From Lingula anatina (lineage: Eukaryota; Animalia; Brachiopoda), in assembly GCA_051362555.1 (NCBI GenBank), contig CM120642.1:18290001-18354000 (forward strand): a stretch of DNA of 64,000 nucleotides, in the 5' to 3' direction. Shown piece after piece: positions 1 through 11,500 of this stretch. The position numbers and the translations under genes are program-made. Under the pieces are notes generated by a model that was not told the origin of the DNA, ran no database searches, and worked only from the letters and a program-made list of their open reading frames with translations. The number at the start of each line of letters is the position of its first letter. Positions within the stretch are counted from its first letter, which is position 1.

Positions 1-1514
1 AATAACTGTTTATGTACAGATTATTTCGTATATCTCAATTGTACATAGTTTACTTGGTATTAATATTGTGATGATAACATTTGAGTTTATTTTCAGCTAG
101 CATGCCTTAATCAATATACCAGTATAGGATTTCACTATGACAAAGTCTCATTACACGTACTAATTGATCTTATTGCTTTATATATATATATTGCACAGAT
201 TTGGGCAAAACAGATTGCAAGACATCTGTTTGTGCAATTATAGGTTGGATGAACATTGATAGAGATGATGCTGTGTAAAACAATTAAATGATCTTTTTTG
301 ACATTGAAAAAATGTCAAGAACAAATATTTAAAGGATAATGTATGCAGAGGTTTGCAATATATGAAAAGTCTTATTCCTAATATATATATAAAGAAGAAC
401 TAATATTAGTGGGTAGGCTTATTGGATCTTTGCATTGAGCTTAGGGAATATGATTTTTGGTCAGCTACCAGATTTTAATGGCCCGATTTCAAAGCTTTCA
501 ATTACAGAAGATGTAGGGTAAAGCACAAGAACCAAAATGTAATAGGCGGAAGTAATAAGTGATTTCATATTTAACTTAAGATTTTAATTTACTGATTTGA
601 ATGTCATCAAATAATCTTAATGGCTCATTAGAATATTCAGCTGCAGAGTTGTAAATGTCGTTTGCCAATATATCTTTGATAAAACATTGTCAGAAAACCA
701 GTGATACTTCAGATCTATGTAAAAAAAAGATGCATGCCGATTGGTCACAATTGTCGTGTCGTTTTGTTATGGTTGTCGTGATTGGTCAAATGTTAAAATG
801 TTTATATGTTGATGCTCGCGTGCAATGGTTAACTTTTAAAGATGGACACGGAAGAAGGAACTAGAAGTCCTGACAGTAGATTTAATGTGTTTGAAATTGT
901 ATCTAATTATTTATATAGTATAGTATTGAATTTATTACGACGTTAGCGTGAATAACGCCAGCAACGCTGGTATTCTACACTAAATAGAACGACTCCAATG
1001 GAAATGTATGATGCGTTTACTTTAATTGTCAGTTGAATGGTATACGTTGTTGAGTGATTTGTGAATTATTTACTTGAAAATTATAAAAGGTTGAAAGAGG
1101 TCGCCACTTTTTTTTCATGAAGCTCGGAAAGTAGTTTTGTTGTAGACGTTATGCATTGCGATAAACCTACATCCAAAAGAAATTATATGGATTATTATCG
1201 TTATAAGTACCAATGTTATTCAAGCTCAATTGGCCCATGCTCTCGCTGTTAATAACGGCGGGGTTGATATTGTGGCAAATCGATTGATTGATTAAACGGA
1301 TCCTATTGTTGCACTTTTGTTGATTTATGATATATGATATTCTGAGTAATAAATTGTCACATCATCGAAATGGCGTTTAGTTTTATGTATCAAGTTTGGT
1401 ACATATTTTCTGTTATTATATTAACAATTCTGTTAAAGAATTGTTCCAGTTTGACTATTCACTATCCCCTGCCCATCTGAGACCATTGAATTCTACCGGT
1501 GTCATGTGCAAGGT

Positions 1515-1691
1515 CCGGTGTAACGTGACTGATAGTCCCCTCCCCTATGATAGAGAGTCCGCTTCCCATTCATTTATACAGGCAACCCTCGCCCTAGATT
1601 TTGACCCACTTAAGTCAGGCTAAACCTAACCTTTGTAACTAAAAGGAGGGGGGACTTTCTGTTACACGGACCCTCAGTTTCGTTACACCGG
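1515..1691. mobile_element. MITE with CCGGTGTAAC...GTTACACCGG terminal inverted repeats (other copies at 22038-22234, 42219-42395, 51829-52050, 63222-63398)
   Basis: 10-bp perfect TIR, about 180-220 bp, internal ctaacc/ggttag motifs, five copies in the window. No clear TSD. Confidence 0.75.
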
Positions 1692-2557
1692 TTTCCATGG
1701 ATTTAGAAAGCCCCGCCGTAGATTATACCCCACTCGACTTACTCTAGCCCGTATGAATCAAATTTAGGACATCCTCTGTTAAAGAATTGGCCCATCAGTT
1801 TCTTAACGTAACATAAATATATGCCTTCCATTGTTTTCCAAAATTAGTTTTGGGCCTCTTTGCATGTCGACCATCTAATACTAGTCATCCTCAAAAAAAA
1901 AAAAAAGAAAAAAAAAATGGCGACAATGACGGTGTTACTGAAAAGTTGGCTGATCGGGTAGAAGATACCTCGTGTTATCTTTTTCATAAATGTAGGTACA
2001 CACGATCCAAGTCATAGACCACTGCTGATTTGATTATTGTTGTTGTTAGGCAATTATCTTCAACGAGTTTGTTGACATCCGGAGATCCAGGGCAGTGCAA
2101 TTTTATGTGTACCAAAAATAAATAAATAAATAAATAAATAAATAAATGAAACAACTGGATGATTCTACAAATTAGACGTAAATATTTCAAGGTATATCCT
2201 CTAAAAGCCGACGACCTTGAGAAGAATATGCATGTTTTTTCATGATGATCCTTCAAATATCCTGCGTTTGTCCTTAAGTAGTTCACCTAAAGTGTATGTG
2301 CATGTGATGAATTTGACAGCGGCTTATCATCTTATCCTGACGTTGCGCCACGTACGTGACAACGAGACCCTTTCAGATGGGCTCAAGCTTGACCTCTGCA
2401 TGGCGAACGAGCTATGTCAGTCACAGTGAATTAAAAACTGTTTAATAAATTACTCCTGTAATCCGCTTTACGGGGTTGTATCCTGCAAAGGAGTGTAGAA
2501 CCGTAGGAGCTTAAGGAGAGAAAGTGCCAACACAGGTGTTGCCTTCTAATGCCAAAG

Positions 2558-5500
2558 ATGTATCAGCGTGCCTTCTGGCTTCCGTTGTTCCTTGCAGTCC
2601 TCTTAGTCTCTGAAAGCACAGGTAATTTTTTTATATAAATTGATAATATTTTATCTTTTGATACACCGTAAAGTGGATCGTTATTAATCCCCGTCTTTAA
2701 AATAAACAAACAAATCAATAAAACTGAAGCGTCAACGTAAAGGTAGAACTTAGTATTAACACCTTTAGCTCATGGCAAATAAGCAACGTGACTTTTTTAG
2801 TTCCAAGTCAATCTCCTGACACAAACAAATGCCGATTTTAATGGGTTTTGACTGAGAACTGCAATTTCAGAAATCTTACCTAAGTGCCTTCTTGTTAACG
2901 CTAACGATGATAAACTGTCACACAGAAAAAATTGATACTTTTTTGTTCTAGAACCATATACACAACTTCAATTTGTAACATTGGTTTTGAACCTTTGACT
3001 CGGGCATATCGTGAAATAGCTTGAGTGAAAAAGCTTCCAAAGTATTGAATGCGTACTTTTAGACAAACAGTCCAGGAATTTGGTGAAAAATTGTGCATTT
3101 TTTACCTACAAGCATGAAATTTGACACACCTATGGACAATGAAATTCTAAGCAAATTTGGATATATGGGCATGTCTGAAAATTCCAAAATGGCCGTCAAA
3201 TCCAAGATGGCCACCAAAATACCTTTTCAAATTAAAACTTCAAGTACATAGTCTTCTACTGACTTAAAATATCATATAAAGGTTAGAAAACACCATGGTA
3301 TGAATCCTTCAGGTGTATAAAATCCAAAATGGCCGCCAAAAGTAAAAAAGCAGACCATTTATTCAAGATATCCATTAGAATGGTGAATTCATCAAGCACT
3401 TAAAACTACAAGCATAAAATTTGGCACGTTTGTGGAAAATGAAATTCTGAGCAAGTTTGGATGTATGGGCATATCCAAAAATTTAAAAATGGCCCCCAAA
3501 TCCAAGATGGCCTCCAAAAATACGGGTCCTTATTAAAACTTCAAGTATATAGTCTTTTAAGGGTTTAAATATCATACAAAGGTTAAAAAACACCACAATA
3601 TGAATTCAGAATCAATATCTGCTTCTTTAGGTGTATTAAATCCAAAATGGCCGCCAATAGTAAAAAGCATTCTACTAATCCAAGATATCCAGCAGAGTGG
3701 TGAATTTATCAAAAACTACAAGCATGGCATTTGGCACGTTGTAAAACAGGATTCCAAGCACTTATTGATGTATGGGCATGTCTAAAAATTCCAATATATG
3801 GCCCCTAAATCCAATATGGCCGACACAAATACCCGTTCAAATTAAAACTTCAAGTATATAATCCTATAATAGCTTAAAGTGCAGGTTTTGGGTATGGGGG
3901 TCAATTTTGGGGATCATTAGAATACATTTTAAACATTCAATATTTACACTTACTTAACTCCTATGTCAGTCATATTACGTGATATTGCCCGTTTTAGTGA
4001 TGTTTCTCCGGGAGTAGCCGAGTACACACCGGAAAAGAACGGAAATTAATCAATGACGCGTTTTACGTCAATGGTAGACACTTCGTCGATTCCAAGATGG
4101 CGGACATCATAGAAACCCTTCCAGGCGCTAGCGATTCAGAATTTGAAATTTCTGACGATAATTCGGATGCTGGTTCAGTTTCTCAGGAAAGTACGCTTTC
4201 AGATGGCAGTTACAGTGAAAGCGTACCGTTTATTTCCGTTCAGGGATATCAGTTTGAGCCTAGGAAACGTGAAAGAGTTGGGCCTCTCCCCGAGAATGAG
4301 AGCGTTAACACGGAGGCACAAAGAGTCGGGAATACAGAATGGTGAGTGTTTTTATTATTCTTCAGTGCCGGCATGGTGCTTTAAAATTCAATGTTTTAAG
4401 ATTTAATTGGGCAACTAAATGATATTGAAGTGAAATGCAAAGTTATTTAGAAAGAGTGCAGTCCCTTAGAGTGCAGTCCCCTTTTCGTCCAAATTTCTGT
4501 TTTACATCTGTAGTTCAACAGACTAGATATCTATCTACTGCACTAGGAGCAGTAGCCTTCAACCTCGCTGTATCTTGAGTTTTAGATAGGTAAATATTTA
4601 GAAACACTTATCCGCACCGTTCCCCGTCGTGGCTCAAACTTCACTCTGTTTACACCCCCCCCCCCCCCCCCCCCCAACAGACACCATGTTGTGTAGGACT
4701 TATGACCCCAGATCGGAGATCAGGAAGTGCTTCCGGCAAGATGAAAATAATAGAATATGCATCGGTAAATGTTTTCTTTTTAATTTACTAGTGTCATTGC
4801 TTTTTACAGGTGTGAATGTGGTCATTGTTCAGCTATGACTACAGAGGCAGAAAGTCGCTGTTGTCATGAAATTCCATAGGTGAAAAACTAGCGGAGGAGG
4901 GCGGTGTTGATTGCATTATCATGCACCCAGGATTTGGGCAAGGCTGCTTAAATCCATATGCCTTGGAAATTGCATATTTACATCACAGGCAACAATATGG
5001 TGCAATTCCTGAATCTCACAGGGCAAATCAGGCTGAGTAAGGATTCTTGTTTTGAAATAATACCACAATTAGCGTGAATTGAAAATTCTATATTATTTTT
5101 TCTTTTACACACCATTGAAATTTATAGATAGCTTTTAAATTATCTCAATTGCAAAAATCTATAATACTTTATTTTTATTTAGTGTCATGAAACTTAATGG
5201 GCTTTTCTGGTTTATTCTTTCAGAAAGTATCGTTACATTGCCTATCGCCAAGTGGTGCGGTGGTGCTGGGGCTATTTGGGTAAGCACCGCTTGTGCAGTT
5301 AGCAAAATAAGAAACACTTTTACAACCAATGGACATTACATGGGTTTCAGATTGCCCAACTTGAGATAGAAGAGAACTCATGGCACCTTAAATGACCTGA
5401 AGTTTAATGTTCTTACTGACCTATCCTGGACATCATGTTACAAGAGTCTTCATTTGTGCTCAATTGGAAATATGTACAGAAAAAGTAAATTTAAGAACCT

Positions 5501-8500
5501 TTTTTTAATGTTTATGAAGTTATATACATGCATGTATCAGATGTACTTTTATGAATTAAGAAATTTAAATTTGGCTGCTCTTGAACACAAAAGTTCACAT
5601 GTACTAAATGAGTTGACAAAATAAGTACTTGCTGAAATATTCTCATTATCAAGACACCTTTGCTGCTCATTTAACATTTTTCAGAGGTAGAATAAGTAAA
5701 CTTAAAATGACCATTACTTGGAGTTCACTACATTTCTCTTGCAACTAATCACACAGGTCTTTATGTTAAACAAACATTACAGTTCATTTATTCCACTAAT
5801 GGTCAGCAAAGCGGTGCACATGTTGCTGTACTGCTTGTCTCTTGTTGGGAACATCCATGTCACTTGAGAGGGTGTCTGGTTGGTTCTGGTGAACCTCTTG
5901 AATTGAATCTCGAAGCTGAGCAGGGCTATGAGAAAACTCTTGTTGAAGCCTCTGAAGAATCGTGTCAGTGTAATCTGTAAATGGAAGGGCAGATTTTATT
6001 TTTTTTAGTATTGTTTTAATTTGAAATGTTAGTAAATATCTCCAAGAAAGTTGCAAGCTAAATTTATACAAAAATGAAAATGACAAATGTTAAAATAAAG
6101 CATGATGATTCCTAAATGGAATCGGAATATTTTGCAAACATACTGTATGTTGGCTGTGTTTTTTCCTTTCTAACTGTGTAGCCACCCTTCTTATACTTTG
6201 GAAATCTGTGGGGACTGTGAAGTGCTGGCTAGTGGTTCTTCTAAACAGGACATGTCATTTTGAGAGGCTTCTCCTGTCTCCAATCCATCTAGTAACTAAA
6301 TAAGAAATATATCTGATATGAGTTTTCGAAAGCTACAATGACAACTATATCAAAATAAACAACTCCCCTTTTGCTGTTGTGAATTAAAATTGATGAGCGG
6401 TCGGAAATTGCACGGTTTTCATTTTTCGTTACTCTTATCTACGTAACCGAAATAATTGTGAATATCATATTTATATCATGAGTTAATGCAGTGTTGGGAG
6501 GCAAAATGTAACGAAATGACATTACTTACCCTGGATACTTCAAGCTTCTGAACGACCTTCACGCGACGCTTTACCGTCTTCTCGAACTGTTCACTTTCTC
6601 CGGTGTGTGGTCGTTTCATTGTCGCATGAATGGTAGGGACAGAATCTTCCTTCAACGTCCTTTTTGTCTTTAAATCCAGCGCGTTCATAAGCGGGGATGC
6701 GAAGCAATCTTCCTCGAAGTGTGCCTCACAAAGAACGGCCTGAGACGATGGTGAGGGTGCATTGAAATTCTTCCTTTTTGTTTGCACAAATTTCACCCAT
6801 TGGCGACGTAAATTAGGTTTTTGCGGAAACCTATGCAAGCTGTGCCCAGTATGCTTCGAGTTTGAGCAGTTTTGGGCAACACACTTTTTAACCATGATAC
6901 AATACGGACGCTTTTATAGAGAACAACATCAATTTTAACGCGGCACCAGACTAACATAGAAAGCGGGTCTCGTGTATTATATAGGTCAACCCCAGATCTA
7001 CCAAATACGTGGCAGCCTGTGACAGGCTATATGGTCACGGTGACTTGTTTTTATGTAGGTCAGCAAATTCGCTCTAAAAGCGTGCGTTTTTTATCGATTT
7101 ATTCACTAAAACGATGTCAGAAAATTTTGAAAAAAATATTTTTGTGCAGAATTAGTGTTCCTACATCAGGTAATAACAATATTTTAGGGTGTAAAACGGG
7201 TCAATACCTGCTCTTTAAGATAACATTTTATGGTTAGACAAGACTATGGTATGCATGAAGTATCAATATTTGCTTCTTTAGGTGTACAGAAATCCAAAAT
7301 GGCCTCCAAAAACAGGCCACTCACAGCAGCAGTATGGTGAATTCATCATGCACTTAAAACTACAAGCATGAAAATTGGCACAATTGTACAGAACAGGATT
7401 CTAAGCAATTTTTTAAATAGGGACATGTCTGAAAATTCTAATATGGCCACTAAAACCCTTTTAAAGTAAAAAGTCTACTTCATAATCTGACTTACAACAA
7501 GCTTTACTCTTTTTTGGTTATTCGCTCCTTTAGTCAAATTAAGATCTAAATGACCGTAAAAAGTGGAACAGGACTCCTTTTGGTCCAGTTGTGACACCAC
7601 ATGCAGCAATTCTATAAATGTCAAGGATATGAAAATGTCAAGGTATTTTCACAAATAAGTTTCAAATTAACAAAAGTTATTTAATCAAGTAGGTGTTGCA
7701 CATTTTATGGACGATCAACCTATTACTTTAGTAAATGGACAATATCTCAACAGAGGATAACAGCTAGCTACACCGAAATTTCTACTTATTTGGTCAAATA
7801 ATTTTCATTTATTAATGTGTGCCTAGCTTTAGTTGTGTTTCCCTCAGCTTTCCCAGAATTTGCCTAAAGCTATAGCTTCTACATGTAATCCACTTTCCCC
7901 AACAAAATACCAAGAGGTATTGGTAATTTTTAACACCAGAAAGCATCAGTTTACATGCGTGAGGGTCAATAGGAATATGAAGGTGTGGTAGGGCATATGA
8001 GTAGATGTAGGTTACTAGTGTGAGCCCTTATAGGACCAGTCTTCCAATGCTTCTGACTCCCCTCACCACAGTTAGCAATTGCACACATAACTACAAACAG
8101 ATGTGGTAGGAGCTACCTGCGAAAGGTAGGTTTTGTTATCTGGGTAAGTGAATACTCCCCATGGCTTCATTCTGGATTGTCCCAAAGAGACAATGATGCC
8201 GGAAATCTCATGAATTTTTACCTTTCAAAGTCCATATTGCACTAATTTCTTGGTGTAATCCTCAGAATACACTGAATTTTTTGAAGCTTTGTATGTATTA
8301 ACTTTCTGGAGGATTTTAATTCTTTTATTTTCGTGTTCAGTTATTTGAAAGCATAAGTTTGTAACTAAACAAGTTGCCAAATGATCAAATGAAAACCAAA
8401 GTTTGGCGCCTATCAGTGCTTCTTTTTTAGTGCACGAAGTGTGAAGCCTGCAATGCAACTCTTGGATACAGCACGTATCAACACCTGCCCTCTGTTTGGG

Positions 8501-11500
8501 GTTTTTCTTTGCTCATAAATTTTCACTAAATTCTCAGTAGCCATTACTGCGAATGTACTAAATCCATTTCTTGAAATAAGAAGCTTTTCTAATTTACTTT
8601 TGAAGCATAAGATAACATCATAACATTACGGAGTGCAAATGTGCCCCTTCTTTTAGTACTTTACCAATGCAAAACACCAAATTGTTGAGACCTGTATGTT
8701 TGATTAGCTGTCATTTTTGTTATATTTGTGAGCATTTGATGAAGCGCCATGCACTGATCTAGCTGAAGAATCATAACCAACAGACAAAATTGGTACACCC
8801 CAAGCTTTTTTATATTTGCCTATTTAAGGCTAAGTTATTCTGGTGTTTCTTTCACATTTTATGGATTTTGCACAATACTTTTTTTCTTAGAAAGGGGGAG
8901 TCACTCATGAGTGCCATATAAGTAGATCGCTAACTGGGAATTGATGTAATTGAGAATCCAGAGCAAAAAGCCAAACTGCTTATGTTGGTTCATCAAAAGA
9001 AGGACTGTTTTCAGTACATAATAAATGTATCATGCTTGATGTTTTTTTTTTTTAACTCTGTAGAATAGCTCCTGCACAGGTAGAAATATTCTGATTATAC
9101 AGGTAGTTGTAAAGCCCACATGCCTATTCACGAGTGATTACAATTCAATAATTGTGGACCGCTGACTTTTGGAGGCCATTTTGGAAATTTAAAACCTTAA
9201 GTGGCAGATACTTATACTACATACATACTATGGTATTTTCTAACCATTAGATGATATTTTTATTAAAGACTATACAAATAACTTTCACCTTGAAAGGGTA
9301 TTTTGGGGGCCATATTGAAATTGACTGCCATATTGGAATTTTCAGACATGCCCCTATATCCAACGTTGCTTAGAATCATGTTCTCCACAACTGTGCCAAT
9401 TTTTATGCTTGTAATTGTAAGTGCTTGATGATTTCACCAAACTGCTGCATATTTTGAGTAAGTAGACTGCTTATTTTACTTTTGGAGGCCATTTTGGAAT
9501 TCTATAACCTGTAGAAGCGGATATTGATAATTCATTCATAGCATGTTATTTTCTAGCAATAAAATGATATTTTAAACCATTATAGGACTATATATTAGAT
9601 GTTTTAATTTAAAAGAGTATTTGTGGTGGCCATATTGGATTTGGCGGCCATACTGGGATTTTCAGACATGCCCATATATCCAAAAAGGCTTAGAATTCCA
9701 TTATCTACAAATTTCATGCTTGTAGGTAAAAAACGCACAATTCACCCTTTTTTTCTGCACCAAATTCTTGGACTAAGACGCTCATTATAAACATAAACCT
9801 TTTTGCGCTAGTGGTCCATCCTCAGAAAAGTGAACATTGGAGCCACAGAACTGAAGCACAAATTTTGTGTCCTATTTGCATAATTTTGGCATGCCCCATT
9901 ATTTTCGTTATTTTATACTATGGTTCCCTCAAATGTGGAAAGAAATCAATAGTAATTAAAAATTATATCAAACACATATGCAGATATTAAACAAAATGTG
10001 TGTCACTAAATGGGGCTGTGCATTAGCGGCCTGAATACTCATCATTATCTACATATACAATCATCAGCGGTAACACTAGCAGCAATAACAGTGCCATTTT
10101 AAAACTGAAACGTATAATATTTGGGGAAAAAAATCCTGACAAAAAGTAAACGTTTCATTACAGCCGTCCTTAAGGGGCTCTGGTCGTTCAATCAAGCCAC
10201 ATACACGCCAGGAAACTCATTCAGCGATAAGTCAACGCAGAATAATAAAGCAATCATCAATTCGGGATCTACGGCAACATTTGGTTCTGGATCTGGAACA
10301 GGGATAAAATTATCATCCGGTGCCTATATCTCCGTGTCCAACACTGATGGGGCATTCAGTAGCATGCTTGGAAGCTTTGCCGTGGTAATGGCGATAAAAC
10401 CAACGGCACTGCAGCCGGCCACTCTGTTTGAGTTCGACAGTGATTATGGATCCGTATACGGATCCAAAATAGAAATGGTTGCGGATCCGGCAGGATCGCT
10501 GAAAATCTACGCACCGCCGCCTATCTATGGTGAAATCAATGCAAGAACTGTTCAGGGGATTCTGAAACGTCGCAGCTGGAACTATCTCACCATTTCCTAC
10601 GATTACCAGACAGGATCAATGAAGATTTACAGCGGGTCCGATTTAGTCAGAGACTATCAACTCACAGCGTTCCCAACATCTAATACAAAAGGGTTTCGGG
10701 TAGGAAAAGGGTTCACGACGTCTTCAACGTTTACAGGCCAAGTGGCGTGCGTGCAGGTGCACGACCAACCCATTACGACCAGTGCCAGCCTTAAAAAGAT
10801 GTGGCAACTCTGTGGATATGAAGGTAGGTCACATATTTCTCTTTCTTGAAATACCTCTTTGCAATTTTTGACATGCTTTACTTGTGATAAAGGCGATGGA
10901 CCTTCTTTGTTGATATTTCTTCAATGCATTATGTATTATATTGGTTGCACTGATATTTAATACTAAACTAATGACATATTCTATTTAGATTTATTTTCAT
11001 ATTTTAGTCCCTTCTGTTCGGGATTCTCTACCTGCAGGTAAGACTATTTTAAGTCTTCTTGACTTGTGTTAAAGTGTCTCACTCCTCGGTTGCACAGTTA
11101 TTTTCTCTGTATTATGATCTACAACTCAGATATACAAATTTAATGTCACCATGCAACAAAATATTGTCAAATATCGCATTTTGTCTTTGGCATTTCATGC
11201 ATTTATAGAAAAAGTAAGTTGAAGGCTTCCTTGACGCTGCCACGGTAGACATTTGCAAATGATCGTCAGCGCACTGAATACGTTTTTGTTATATTTGTAC
11301 AAAGCAATTAGCATGTATCTCGTGGCATCACAGTCCCATACAAAGTCATGTATTAATTGAATAAATTTCATGAAAAATTGTTATTATCATTGTATCCTTA
11401 CACTTCATAAGTTTAGAACGCCGTACTAATATGTGTTCATGAACTTGTTTGTAACCTATTTGCAAATCTTGTTTTACTCAAATATTATTGCAATAATATA

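Larger units (their letters stand above)
3878..7214. mobile_element. Kolobok DNA transposon (internally deleted), nested in the Academ-like element
   Basis: TTAA TSD at 3874-3877 and 7215-7218. TIRs AGTGCAGGTTTTG / CAATACCTGCTCT. Carries convergent KolX-like and THAP-transposase genes. Removing it restores the host element's subterminal repeat unit. Confidence 0.88.
3068..9775. mobile_element. Non-autonomous DNA transposon, probably Academ-like, in intron 1 of copy A
   Basis: Ends are CAGTCCAGGAATTTGGTG / CACCAAATTCTTGGACTA (YAG termini), with long inverted subterminal ~300-bp repeats (caaaatggccgcc / caagatggcc motifs). It is absent from the matching 832-bp intron of copy B (43324-44155). 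TSD not clean, so the superfamily is inferred from the termini only. Confidence 0.72.

Noticed and set aside
655-2429. Short ORFs repeated in all three units (e.g. 1396-1623, 2217-2429, 40048-40305)
   Set aside because: Their recurrence just reflects the recent duplication. They overlap a MITE or UTR/intergenic DNA and have no recognisable domains.
4097-6895. Host P2X7 receptor or THAP transcription factor genes
   Set aside because: Both lie inside a TTAA-flanked TIR element that is absent from the paralogous intron. There is no P2X channel domain, and both are disrupted.
3878-7214. KolobokP-type long terminal direct repeats
   Set aside because: The two ends share only short inverted repeats. 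I see no long direct repeat.
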